In this document: in pieces, positions 39,845-49,362 of the stretch | Layout of the letters: the number at the start of each line of letters is the position of its first letter | Numbering within the stretch: position 1 is the stretch's first letter | Source: an uncultured Cyclobacteriaceae bacterium | Lineage (GTDB): Bacteria; Bacteroidota; Bacteroidia; Cytophagales; Cyclobacteriaceae | Reading direction: 5' to 3' | Assembly: GCA_966095315.1 (NCBI GenBank) | Contig: CBHTSG010000009.1 | Location: forward strand, 29,082 to 93,081 | DNA length: 64,000 bases | Made by a program: the position numbers and the translations under genes | Notes under the pieces: generated by a model | Database searches by the model: none | What the model was told of the DNA's origin: nothing | Seen by the model: the letters and a program-made list of their open reading frames with translations, nothing else

Positions 39845-41587
39845 ATGCCTGATTTTCAAATCAAGAAAAACTCGAAGCAGTACGATGTAGTGATTGTTGG
39901 TTCTGGCGCTGGTGGCGGCATGGCTGCGTACACACTTGCAAATGCCGGCATAAACGTGCTGGTATTAGAGGCAGGTCCTATGTACGATCCCGCAAAAAAT
40001 GTCATGCAGCTAAAATGGCCATGGGAGTCACCGCGAAGAGGAGCGAATACTCAATTCAGGTATTTCGGAGATTTTGATGCTGCCTACGGTGGCTGGCAAC
40101 TGGAGGGTGAACCTTACACCCATAAAGACGGTACTAAGTTCGACTGGTTTCGTGCGCGCATGCTGGGTGGACGCACCAATCACTGGGGAAGAATTTCATT
40201 GCGCTTCGGCCCAAAGGATTTTAAGCACAAAAGTATTGATGGGTTGGGCGATGATTGGCCGATTGGCTATGAAGATGTAGCACCGTACTACGATAAGGTT
40301 GATCAATTGATCGGTGTTTTCGGTTCAAAAGAAAATCTCCCAAACGATCCGGATAGTATTTTTCTTCCACCACCTAAGCCACGCCTGCACGAGTTGATGA
40401 TCAAAAATGCCGGCACTTCATTGGGCATTCCAGTGATTCCTTCACGACTTTCTATCTTAACCAAACCGATTAATAAAGACAGAGGTGTGTGTTTCTATTG
40501 TGCGCAATGCAACAGGGGCTGCACGGTGTATGGCGATTTCTCTTCCTCTTCTGTACTGATAAAGCCAGCAGCGAAATCTGGTTATGTTGAAGTGGTGACG
40601 GATGCAATGGTTCGAGAAGTATTAACTGATGAGCAGGGACTCGCTTCAGGTGTATCGTATGTTGACAAGAATGATTTACAGGAATACCAGGTTAGTGCAC
40701 GTGTTGTTGTGCTCGCTGCGAGTGCATGTGAGTCTGCCAGATTGCTCTTAAATTCTAAATCTTCGAATCACCCTAATGGGTTAGCAAACTCTAGTAATGT
40801 TGTTGGAAAATATTTACATGATTCCACCGGTGCAGGCATGGGCGGCATTCTTCCGGGCCTGGTGGGGAGAAAGCGCTACAATGAAGATGGCGTTGGCGGA
40901 CTGCACGTTTACTCTCCATGGTGGCTTGATAACAAGAAATTAGATTTCCCGCGAGGCTATCATATTGAATATTATGGTGGCATGGGAATGCCGGGCTATG
41001 GCTTTGGATTCGGAATGCAAAATACAAATGGAAAATATCCGGGCAGAGACGGGAAAATGAAAGAAGCCGGAGGCTATGGTGCATCACTCAAAGATGACTA
41101 TCGATACTTTTATGGCGCCACATTTGGAATGGATGGACGCGGTGAAGCCATTGCCAGGGAAGATAACTACTGCGAGATTGATCCGACTACAGTCGATAAA
41201 TTTGGAATACCTGTTTTGCGTTTTCATTACAAGTGGAGCGACTATGAAGTGAAGCAAGCCAAGCACATGAAAGATACGTTCCGCGAAATCATTCATAAAG
41301 CAGGTGGCGTGATCACGTGGGGTGATAAAGACGGCCCTGAAAATGATTATGGCTTGCAAGCACCCGGAAAAATCATTCATGAAGTAGGCACTACTCGTAT
41401 GGGAGATAATCCCAAAACTTCGGTGCTCAATAAATTTAACCAGGCACATGATTGCAAAAATCTTTTTGTAGTGGATGGAGGCGCCTTTGTATCGCAGGCC
41501 GACAAAAATCCTACTTGGACAATTCTCGCCCTTTCGATGCGAGCGTCAGAATATATAATCGAAGAATTGAAGAAGAAAAATATTTAG
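39845..41587 (+). CDS. GMC family oxidoreductase (glycoside 3-dehydrogenase / gluconate dehydrogenase flavoprotein-like)
   Basis: [16 protein letters not shown]-x2-C-x2-C-x3-C cluster, [24 protein letters not shown]. Confidence 0.92.
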   Translation: MPDFQIKKNSKQYDVVIVGSGAGGGMAAYTLANAGINVLVLEAGPMYDPAKNVMQLKWPWESPRRGANTQFRYFGDFDAAYGGWQLEGEPYTHKDGTKFDWFRARMLGGRTNHWGRISLRFGPKDFKHKSIDGLGDDWPIGYEDVAPYYDKVDQLIGVFGSKENLPNDPDSIFLPPPKPRLHELMIKNAGTSLGIPVIPSRLSILTKPINKDRGVCFYCAQCNRGCTVYGDFSSSSVLIKPAAKSGYVEVVTDAMVREVLTDEQGLASGVSYVDKNDLQEYQVSARVVVLAASACESARLLLNSKSSNHPNGLANSSNVVGKYLHDSTGAGMGGILPGLVGRKRYNEDGVGGLHVYSPWWLDNKKLDFPRGYHIEYYGGMGMPGYGFGFGMQNTNGKYPGRDGKMKEAGGYGASLKDDYRYFYGATFGMDGRGEAIAREDNYCEIDPTTVDKFGIPVLRFHYKWSDYEVKQAKHMKDTFREIIHKAGGVITWGDKDGPENDYGLQAPGKIIHEVGTTRMGDNPKTSVLNKFNQAHDCKNLFVVDGGAFVSQADKNPTWTILALSMRASEYIIEELKKKNI

Positions 41588-41617
41588 TGGTTGGTTGAAC
41601 GAATAACGAATACTAAC

Positions 41618-42280
41618 ATGGACAGAAGAAAATATCTTAAAACACTTGCAGTGGGTACGGTTGGTGCAATCTCCGCTCCTGCCCTGCTTCAATCCTGCAA
41701 AACGGATGAGAAACCAAAAGTTGAATCAAATGCTCCAACCATTGATCGTACTCCGGCAGAACTTGCTCATTACAATAAATTAATGAGTGAGAAATTCTTT
41801 GATGATCACGAAATGAAGACCATTCGAATTTTGGCTGACATCATTATCCCAAAAGATGAAATATCGGGTAGTGCTACAGATGCTGGAGTGCCTGATTTCA
41901 TTGAGTTTATTGTAAAAGATATTCCCGCACACCAAGTGCCGATGCGCGGTGGCTTGAAATGGCTTGATGTACAATGCATGAAACGTTTCAATGCAGACTT
42001 TGCATCCTGCACGGCCGCGCAGCAAATTGAAATGATAGATGAAATTGCTTTTCCTGAAAAAGCTAAGCCTGAAATGACACCCGGTGTTGTATTCTTCAAC
42101 AAGATGCGAGACCTTACAGCAACCGGCTTTTTCACCAGCGAAATCGGAATCAAAGATTTAGGGTATGCTGGCAACCGCCCCAACCAATGGGATGGTGTTC
42201 CTCAGGAAGTACTTGATCAGTATGGATTAAAGTATGATGAGCGTACGCTGGAAATCAGCGTGAAGTTTGAGAATGGCTAG
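41618..42280 (+). CDS. gluconate 2-dehydrogenase subunit 3 family protein (Tat-exported partner)
   Basis: MDRRKYL Tat signal. LADIIIP.D..SGSA.DAGV, FF...R.LT.TGFFTS..G..DLGY.GN. Confidence 0.9.
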   Translation: MDRRKYLKTLAVGTVGAISAPALLQSCKTDEKPKVESNAPTIDRTPAELAHYNKLMSEKFFDDHEMKTIRILADIIIPKDEISGSATDAGVPDFIEFIVKDIPAHQVPMRGGLKWLDVQCMKRFNADFASCTAAQQIEMIDEIAFPEKAKPEMTPGVVFFNKMRDLTATGFFTSEIGIKDLGYAGNRPNQWDGVPQEVLDQYGLKYDERTLEISVKFENG

Positions 42281-42334
42281 GACGAGAGTCGCAAAATGTG
42301 AATTGAAAAATAGTACTGAACTTAATAATCAAAA

Positions 42335-43756
42335 ATGACATCCAGGAGAAAATTCATTCAGCAAGCAGCAACGGCCGCAGCAGCATTTACTATTCTTCCA
42401 CGCTTTGTTTTGGGAGGCAAAGGTTTTATCGCCCCGAGTGACACACTTTACATTGCAGGTATTGGCGTAGGCGGCAAGGGAACCAGCGACCTCACCGGGT
42501 TTGCGAAACATCCCAATGCAAAAATTGCATTTCTATGCGATGTGGACGATCGCATGGCAGTAAAATCAAAGGAGAATTTTCCGCAGGCTAAATACTACAA
42601 AGACTTTCGTGTGATGTTGGATAAAGAAGCCAGTGGTATCGATGCTGTTTCGGTTTCTACTGCCGACCATACTCATGCTGTGGCCGCAATGGCAGCAATG
42701 GTTCGCGGCAAGCATGTGTATGTACAAAAACCGCTGACACATGATATTTATGAAGCACGCATGCTTGCGGAAGCTGCAAAAAAATACAAAGTGGTAACGC
42801 AGATGGGTAACCAGCACGCATCCGCAGATCACGTGCGTGTGGCCAAAGAATGGGTGGATGCCAAACTAATCGGTGACGTGAAGCGCGTAATCACCTGGAC
42901 TAATCGGCCTGTGTGGCCTCAAGGCATCGCTGCGCCCACCGGCCAGCATGAAATTCCAAAAGAACTTGACTGGGACCTTTGGCTGGGCCCTGCAAAATTT
43001 ATTGATTTCAATCCTGCCTACTTACCGTTCAACTGGCGCGGATGGTGGAACTTTGGCACAGGAGCATTGGGCGACATGGCCTGCCATATTATGGATGCTG
43101 CCTTTCGCATTTTGCCGATTGATTTTCCCACGGAAGTGGAGTGCAGTACTTCCACAGCTTGGGAGGGCTCATTCAAAGAAGCAAACTATACCGATAGTTG
43201 CCCCGCCTCTTCAGTCATCCATTTAAAGTTCCCGCGAAAGGATGGCAAAGGCGACATTAAATTTACCTGGATGGACGGAGGTATTCTGCCCGAACGCCCC
43301 GAGGAGTTGTTGCCCGATGAACAACTTGGATCGTGGGATGGCGGATACATTTTTGAAGGCACCAAAGGAAAGCTGATGGGAAGTTACAATGCACCGCCAA
43401 AATTGCTACCCACATCTCGTATGGAAAAAACAAAATTTCCGAAGCCTACCATTCCTAGAATACCTGGCGCAGAAGCCGGACATTACACACAATGGGTGGA
43501 AGCATGCCTGAAAGGCTATGGCCAGATGCAATTGAGCTCTCCCTTTGAGTATGCAGGTCCGTTCACAGAAGCAGTGCTCATGGGTAACCTTGCTATTCGT
43601 AGTTATCAAATGCAAAAAATCTCTGCTGATGGAAAGAGTAAATCATACCCCGGCAGAAAGAAGCTTTTGTGGGATGCCAAAAATATGAAGATCACCAACT
43701 TTGATGAAGCCAATCAATTTGTAAAGCGTGAGTATCGCGAAGGGTGGACTTTGTAG
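42335..43756 (+). CDS. Tat-exported Gfo/Idh/MocA oxidoreductase
   Basis: SRRKFI signal, GIGVGGKG, STADHTH, HVYVQKPL, LDWDLWLGPA, GALGDMACH. Confidence 0.92.
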   Translation: MTSRRKFIQQAATAAAAFTILPRFVLGGKGFIAPSDTLYIAGIGVGGKGTSDLTGFAKHPNAKIAFLCDVDDRMAVKSKENFPQAKYYKDFRVMLDKEASGIDAVSVSTADHTHAVAAMAAMVRGKHVYVQKPLTHDIYEARMLAEAAKKYKVVTQMGNQHASADHVRVAKEWVDAKLIGDVKRVITWTNRPVWPQGIAAPTGQHEIPKELDWDLWLGPAKFIDFNPAYLPFNWRGWWNFGTGALGDMACHIMDAAFRILPIDFPTEVECSTSTAWEGSFKEANYTDSCPASSVIHLKFPRKDGKGDIKFTWMDGGILPERPEELLPDEQLGSWDGGYIFEGTKGKLMGSYNAPPKLLPTSRMEKTKFPKPTIPRIPGAEAGHYTQWVEACLKGYGQMQLSSPFEYAGPFTEAVLMGNLAIRSYQMQKISADGKSKSYPGRKKLLWDAKNMKITNFDEANQFVKREYREGWTL

Positions 43757-43765
43757 GGCAGTGGA

Positions 43766-43857
43766 TAGAATATAGAATATAGAATTTAGTAGTTAGTAAG
43801 GCTCCCAACCATTACCTACTTACTACTAAATTCTTATTACTAACTCTACTAACTCCC
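43766..43857. repeat. inverted array of degenerate heptamer repeats
   Basis: TAGAATA TAGAATA TAGAATT TAGTAGT TAGTAAG (43766-43800) followed by a reverse-complement array. Perfect 11-bp IR GAATTTAGTAG (43782-92) / CTACTAAATTC (43823-33). Confidence 0.75.
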
Positions 43858-43937
43858 TTTCCAAAATAAATACTTACCGCACAACGCTTGATACTTACTA
43901 CTAACAACCTGATATTGCGGGATTATATTTTTCTGAA

Positions 43938-44954
43938 GTGTTAAAAATCGATAGTCACACGCACATTCTTCCCAAGAAGATGCCCAACTGGACGGAGAAG
44001 TTCGGATACGGTGACTTCATTTATCTTCAGCATCATAAGAAAGGCGCAGCCAAAATGATGCGCGGCAATCAATTCTTTAGAGAGATCAAAGAAAATGCAT
44101 GGAACCCAACGCTTCGCATTACCGAATATGAAAAATTCAAAACACAGGTGCAGGTAGTGTGTACGGTGCCGGTTATGTTCTCGTATTGGGCCAAGCCTTT
44201 GGATTGCCTTGACCTATCGAAATTTTTGAATGATCATCTGGCAAACCTTGCTGATAAGTATCCACAAAATTATGTGGCACTGGCAACCGTGCCAATGCAA
44301 GACGCTGAACTGGCAGTGAAGGAATTGGAGCGCTGCAAAAAAATTGGAATCAAAGGAATACAAATCGGTTCTAACATCAACGATGAGAATCTTAACGAGG
44401 AGCGCTTCTACCCTATCTTCGAAGCATGCGAACGATTAGGGCTTGCCGTGATGGTGCACCCTTGGAACATGATGGGACAAAAACAAATGCAACGCTACTG
44501 GTTGCCATGGCTCGTGGGCATGCCTGCAGAAACCGCACGCGCAGTTTGCTCGATGATCTTTGGCGGGATTTTTGAAAGACTTCCAAAACTCAGAGTAATG
44601 TTTGCCCATGCTGGCGGATCGTTTTTATCAACCATTGGCAGAATTGAACATGGTTTTGAGTGCCGACCAGATTTGGTGGCGATCGATAATAACGTAAACC
44701 CAAGAAAATATTTAGGAAAGTTTTGGGTTGATAGTGTGACGCACGACCCATTGATGTTGGAATATGTACTAAAACTTCAAGGGTCAAAGAAGGTAATGTT
44801 AGGATCTGATTACCCCTTCCCGTTGGGCGACCTGGAGATCGGAAAATTCATTGAAGAAATGGATTTGACTAAAAAAGTAAAAGAAGACATCTTCAGTAAC
44901 TCTGCGCTTGAGTGGCTTGGGATGAGCAAAAAAGATTTTATCAAATCGAAGTAA
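43938..44954 (+). CDS. aminocarboxymuconate-semialdehyde decarboxylase (ACMSD), amidohydrolase 2 family
   Basis: KIDSHTHILP, TVPVMFSYWAKP, VHPW, YWLPWLVGMPAET, AHAGG, GSDYPFPLG follow the ACMSD sequence closely. Confidence 0.9.
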   Translation: MLKIDSHTHILPKKMPNWTEKFGYGDFIYLQHHKKGAAKMMRGNQFFREIKENAWNPTLRITEYEKFKTQVQVVCTVPVMFSYWAKPLDCLDLSKFLNDHLANLADKYPQNYVALATVPMQDAELAVKELERCKKIGIKGIQIGSNINDENLNEERFYPIFEACERLGLAVMVHPWNMMGQKQMQRYWLPWLVGMPAETARAVCSMIFGGIFERLPKLRVMFAHAGGSFLSTIGRIEHGFECRPDLVAIDNNVNPRKYLGKFWVDSVTHDPLMLEYVLKLQGSKKVMLGSDYPFPLGDLEIGKFIEEMDLTKKVKEDIFSNSALEWLGMSKKDFIKSK

Positions 44955-45589
44955 TGGTGAAGTTGAAATTTAGTCTTTCGATAATTTTGTTATTCGTGGG
45001 ACTCTGCTCCTATGCGCAAAGCGAAGCCGAGCGATTGAGATTGCAGGAGATTGAGTTGCAAAAGCAGGCAGATCGGCAGCGCCAAATTACCATGCGCATG
45101 GATTCTGCCATACGACTTTCAGAAGATGGAAAGTATGAAGATGCGGATAAAAAATTTCGCGCTATCCTATCCACCATAAAAAGTGTTCCCTCCGATTTTA
45201 CATTTCACTTCGGTAAGAATTCTTATTTCTTGAAAAAATACAAACAAAGCATCGACTGGCTGAGCAAGTACATTCAGTTGAAAGGAACCACAGGCCAATT
45301 TTCAAACCAGGCAGTGGAATGGAAAGCCAAGGCAGAGGCGGAACTTTTAAAAGAAAAGAAAGAGCAAATGCAACAAGCGAGTCAGGTGTTCTCACAAGAT
45401 TATAATATTGACTGCGGCCCTTCCGGGAAAGCCATTTGTCCCGTTTGCAACGGCACCACGGTGATTATCAAAAAAGACTATCTGGGCACCAAATACAAAA
45501 CCTGCCCGTATTGCGATAAACACGGATTTCTTTCCTGTGATGACTACAACAAATTGTTGCGTGGTGAACTAAAGCCAGTAGCGAATTAG
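44954..45589 (+). CDS. exported protein with TPR-like helices and a C-terminal DnaJ-like zinc finger
   Basis: Signal peptide, TPR-like centre, CPVCNGT and CPYCDKHG plus flanking Cys. ATG overlaps the ACMSD TAA. Confidence 0.75.
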   Translation: MVKLKFSLSIILLFVGLCSYAQSEAERLRLQEIELQKQADRQRQITMRMDSAIRLSEDGKYEDADKKFRAILSTIKSVPSDFTFHFGKNSYFLKKYKQSIDWLSKYIQLKGTTGQFSNQAVEWKAKAEAELLKEKKEQMQQASQVFSQDYNIDCGPSGKAICPVCNGTTVIIKKDYLGTKYKTCPYCDKHGFLSCDDYNKLLRGELKPVAN

Positions 45590-45637
45590 GCTCTTTTTCT
45601 CCTCTGGGCCCTCGACCTTCAAAAGGCTGAATTTTCT

Positions 45638-45645
45638 TACCTTTG
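45638..45645 (+). promoter_or_regulatory. Bacteroidota -7 box (TACCTTTG)
   Basis: Exact TAnnTTTG 19 nt upstream of the trhO ATG at 45665. Confidence 0.6.
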
Positions 45646-45664
45646 CGGTTTGAAAATTGGAAAT

Positions 45665-46705
45665 ATGGCCCTCTATAATCGTATTGATGGAAAAGTCTTG
45701 AAGGAGCAACTAAAAAACTCCACCGAAGAGCGCGTTACCATCTCCTTTTACAAGTATCATTTCATATCTGAGCCCAAAGCTTTTCGCGATGAGCTTTACA
45801 AACAATTTGATGCAATGGGCGTTCGTGGAAGAATTTATGTGGCGAACGAAGGCATCAATGCACAGATCAGTTTACCAAAAACGAATATTGATCTTTTCAG
45901 GAATGAATTGTATTCAATTGATTGGCTAAACAATGTAAGGCTGAATATTGCAGTGGATGATAACGGGAAATCATTTTTCAAATTAAAAATTCTGGCGCGC
46001 AAAAAAATTGTGGCCGATGGCCTCGATGACGCTACGTTTGATGTCACCAATCAAGGTGAGCATGTGAATGCTTCACAATTCAATCAGCTAGCAAATGATC
46101 CCAACACCATGATTATTGACATGCGCAATCACTATGAAAGCGAAGTGGGGCATTTCAAGGGAGCCATCCTGCCGGATGTAGATACCTTTCGGGAAGAATT
46201 ACAAATTGCTGAAGACCTGCTGAAGGAAAATAAAGACAAGAATCTGTTAATGTATTGCACGGGCGGCATCCGCTGTGAGAAAGCAAGCGCATGGATGAAG
46301 CACCGTGGTTTTAAAAATGTATTTCAGCTTGAAGGAGGAATCATTAAATACGCTCGCGAAGTTCGCGAGCAAGGACTTGAAAATAAATTCATCGGAAAGA
46401 ATTTTGTTTTTGATGAGCGTCTGGGCGAACGCATCACACCAGATGTAATTGCAGTATGCCATCAATGTGGCCAGCCGTGCGATGATCATACCAATTGCAA
46501 GAATGACGGATGCCACCTTCTTTTCATACAATGCAAAAGCTGCGCAGCAAAATACAATGGATGTTGCTCGGAAGAGTGTAAAAATATCATTGAGCTTCCT
46601 GTGGAAAAGCAAAAAGAAATAAGAAAAGGAATAAACAAAGGAAGACAGGTATTCAAAAAAGGCCGGTCAGAAAAAATTCAATTTAAGCCTAGCACCACAG
46701 TATGA
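45665..46705 (+). CDS. trhO: rhodanese-domain tRNA U34 hydroxylase (YceA/TrhO family)
   Basis: GRIYVANEGINAQIS, IDMRNHYESEVGHFKGA, YCTGGIRCEKAS, QLEGGI, NFVFDER, C-terminal Cys-rich domain. Confidence 0.88.
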   Translation: MALYNRIDGKVLKEQLKNSTEERVTISFYKYHFISEPKAFRDELYKQFDAMGVRGRIYVANEGINAQISLPKTNIDLFRNELYSIDWLNNVRLNIAVDDNGKSFFKLKILARKKIVADGLDDATFDVTNQGEHVNASQFNQLANDPNTMIIDMRNHYESEVGHFKGAILPDVDTFREELQIAEDLLKENKDKNLLMYCTGGIRCEKASAWMKHRGFKNVFQLEGGIIKYAREVREQGLENKFIGKNFVFDERLGERITPDVIAVCHQCGQPCDDHTNCKNDGCHLLFIQCKSCAAKYNGCCSEECKNIIELPVEKQKEIRKGINKGRQVFKKGRSEKIQFKPSTTV

Positions 46706-47229
46706 TTCGAATCGGCATCATTAACGTTTCGGATCGGGCAAGCAAAGGCATTTATGAAGACCTTCCCGGCAAGGCCATTGTGGCTACTCTGAATGAATAT
46801 TTGATTAGCGCGTGGGAAAAAGAGTATCGCGTCATTCCGGATGAACAAGATCAAATTGAGGCTGCCCTCATTGAAATGGCCGATGTAAAAAATTGCTGCC
46901 TGGTGGTAACATGCGGTGGCACCGGCCCAGCGGTAAGGGATGTAACCCCGGAGGCTACCGAAGCCGTTTGTAGCAAAATGCTGCCTGGTTTTGGCGAGTT
47001 GATGAGGGCTAAAAGTCTTACGTACGTGCCTACAGCCATTCTATCGCGCCAAACGGCCGGCATCCGAAATAAAACTTTAATCGTAAATTTGCCCGGCAAA
47101 CCAAAGTCGATACGCGAATGCCTGGATGCTGTTTTTCCGGCAATCCCCTACTGTATCGATCTTTTGGAAGGCCCTTATCTGGAATGCAATGAAGAGGTGA
47201 TGAAAGCTTTCAGGCCTCAGGTAAAATAA
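46702..47229 (+). CDS. mog: molybdopterin adenylyltransferase
   Basis: VSDRAS.G.YED, TCGGTGPA.RDVTPEAT, GFGELMR.KSL..VPTAILSRQ, NLPGKPK. Confidence 0.92.
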   Translation: MIRIGIINVSDRASKGIYEDLPGKAIVATLNEYLISAWEKEYRVIPDEQDQIEAALIEMADVKNCCLVVTCGGTGPAVRDVTPEATEAVCSKMLPGFGELMRAKSLTYVPTAILSRQTAGIRNKTLIVNLPGKPKSIRECLDAVFPAIPYCIDLLEGPYLECNEEVMKAFRPQVK

Positions 47230-47236
47230 TTAGTGT

Positions 47237-48217
47237 ATGGCAAGAATTAAGTATTACTACGACACCGAAACCTGCAAATACGAAAGGATAAAAACTTCTA
47301 CCGGTGATTTCATTTTGAACACCCTTGGATTTCTATCGCTTACCCTTGCGCTTGCAGTAGGACTGCTCATGCTTTACAGCAGCTATTTCGAGTCGCCCAA
47401 AGAACTGCTTTTAAAAAATGAAGTGAAAGAGCTGGAGTTTTATTATGAAAACCTTCAGCATGAAGTAGAAAAGCTAAGCACGATTTTGGCGGGCATGGAA
47501 TACCGTGATGATAATATTTACCGCGCTGTGCTTGGCGCGGAGCCAATTGAAAAAACCATACGCGAAGCCGGAGTAGGTGGTGTAGATCGGTACGAAGAGA
47601 TCAAAAACAAAAATGTAATTCACGAAGACATCATCATCAAATTATCCGAAGGAGTTGATAAACTAAGGCGCAAAGTGTACATCGAATCAAAATCGCAAGA
47701 CGATGTGGTGGCGCTGGCCAAGGATAAGGAGAATCTTTTTGCGGCTATTCCTGCCATACAGCCGGTGGCAAACAAAGAATTAATCGCGCTAGCCTCCGGG
47801 TTTGGCCTCCGAATTCACCCTGTATATAAAGTTAGAAAAATGCACACCGGTGTCGATTTTGCTGCTGTAATCGGCACACCCATTTATGCCACTGCTGATG
47901 GGGTAATCGATAAACTGGATGTAAGCTTTAGTGGTTATGGAAAGATGATTGAGATCGATCATGGATTTGGCTACCGCACGCGGTACGCACACATGCATGG
48001 CTTTGCCGTTCGCCAGGGGCAACGCGTGAAACGTGGCGACCTTATTGGTTATGTTGGCGACACGGGATTATCAACCGCGCCACACCTTCACTATGAAGTT
48101 TTCGTAAACGGAGTTCATGTAAATCCAATTCATTATTTCTTCAATGACCTCAACGCTGCCGAATACGAAAAGATCATTGAACTTGCCTCCGTTGAGAATC
48201 AATCATTGGGAATGTAA
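47237..48217 (+). CDS. M23 family metallopeptidase
   Basis: TM anchor plus coiled coil. HTGVD, YGKMIEIDHG, STAPHLHYEV. Confidence 0.93.
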   Translation: MARIKYYYDTETCKYERIKTSTGDFILNTLGFLSLTLALAVGLLMLYSSYFESPKELLLKNEVKELEFYYENLQHEVEKLSTILAGMEYRDDNIYRAVLGAEPIEKTIREAGVGGVDRYEEIKNKNVIHEDIIIKLSEGVDKLRRKVYIESKSQDDVVALAKDKENLFAAIPAIQPVANKELIALASGFGLRIHPVYKVRKMHTGVDFAAVIGTPIYATADGVIDKLDVSFSGYGKMIEIDHGFGYRTRYAHMHGFAVRQGQRVKRGDLIGYVGDTGLSTAPHLHYEVFVNGVHVNPIHYFFNDLNAAEYEKIIELASVENQSLGM

Positions 48218-48245
48218 CCGTCAGTATCTCCAATATTAATTGGGG

Positions 48246-48371
48246 GGCTGTCTCAAAGATTGCTTTGTCATTCCGACCGTTGGGAGGAATCATTGAAAAT
48301 AGTTTCACTACGCTACTTCAAAGATTTCTCGTTCCTCGAAATGACAATTCAAAAGAGCTTTTGAGACAGCC
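48246..48371. repeat. 126-bp MITE-like element with internal REP-type palindromes
   Basis: 12-bp perfect terminal IR GGCTGTCTCAAA (48246-57) / TTTGAGACAGCC (48360-71). Inside are two inverted GTCATT[C/T]CG...GG/GAAATC units. Confidence 0.75.
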
Positions 48372-48423
48372 TCTTTTTTATTGAGCGCTTTTTAGATTGA
48401 GCCGTCATCTCTACCTTAGTGAA

Positions 48424-49362
48424 ATGATAAGAGCCTTTGCCGCAAGTCTATTGTTTCTATCATCAACGATTATTGGTTTTACGCAAGGATGCAGTGATGC
48501 CGGCTTCTGCACAATGGGCGCCATGAAGCCCGATCAGCCCTATAACAAACGCGTTTCTGTGCGCCTGACTTCGATGGACCTGAGTTTCTATCGGGGCACC
48601 ACTACGCTCACTCCTATTGTTTATGTAGCCACTGCCGATATGAGTTTCAGTTTAACCCGCAGAAGTTCGTTTCAGGTAAAGCTCCCCTACCAGGCAGTTA
48701 CTGGAAGACTTGCCGACACCAATGGTCTGGGTGATATCTCCCTGTGTTACACACGAAATATTTACAGCTCAGATCAGTTTGATTTGAATTTCTCCTTGGG
48801 CGGGAAAATTCCAAGCAATCATTCTGATAAATCAACGCAAGGATTACCGCTGCCGATGTATTATCAGACAAGCCTGGGCACTTATGACTTCATCTCTGGA
48901 ATATCGCTTATCAATCGCAAATGGCTGTTTGCAACAGGTATTCAGATACCCTTGAATCAAAATCAAAATCAGTTCTTGTGGGGAGCGTGGAAAAATGGTC
49001 CTGAAGATTTTGCCTACATCGAACGCTACGCGCGTGCAAAAGATTTACGAAGAGGAATTGATGTGATGTTTCGGGCAGAGCGCAATTTCCGTTTCTCAAA
49101 GTTTAATTTTTCAGTTGGCTTATTGCCGATCTATAGGATTACAAAAGACGAATTCACGAATCCTTTAGGTGAACGCGAGAAACCCTCAGGGGCCTATGGG
49201 CTTGCATTGTCTGGCATTGGTACCGTTGGATATAATTTTGATGTGCGCTCTGGAATTAAATTACTGGTGGGCCATAAAATTCAGCAGCGAAAAGATAACC
49301 CTGATGGATTAACACGGGAGTTGGTGACTTCTATAATATACAATTACCGATTCCTTCGATGA
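48424..49362 (+). CDS. exported, probable outer-membrane beta-barrel protein with N-terminal CSDAGFC motif
   Basis: Signal peptide then QGCSDAGFCTMG. Alternating beta-strand pattern, ends YNYRFLR. Confidence 0.65.
   Translation: MIRAFAASLLFLSSTIIGFTQGCSDAGFCTMGAMKPDQPYNKRVSVRLTSMDLSFYRGTTTLTPIVYVATADMSFSLTRRSSFQVKLPYQAVTGRLADTNGLGDISLCYTRNIYSSDQFDLNFSLGGKIPSNHSDKSTQGLPLPMYYQTSLGTYDFISGISLINRKWLFATGIQIPLNQNQNQFLWGAWKNGPEDFAYIERYARAKDLRRGIDVMFRAERNFRFSKFNFSVGLLPIYRITKDEFTNPLGEREKPSGAYGLALSGIGTVGYNFDVRSGIKLLVGHKIQQRKDNPDGLTRELVTSIIYNYRFLR

Noticed and set aside
43766-43857. Possible CRISPR or mini-array
   Set aside because: Repeats are 7 nt with no spacers, and no cas genes are present.
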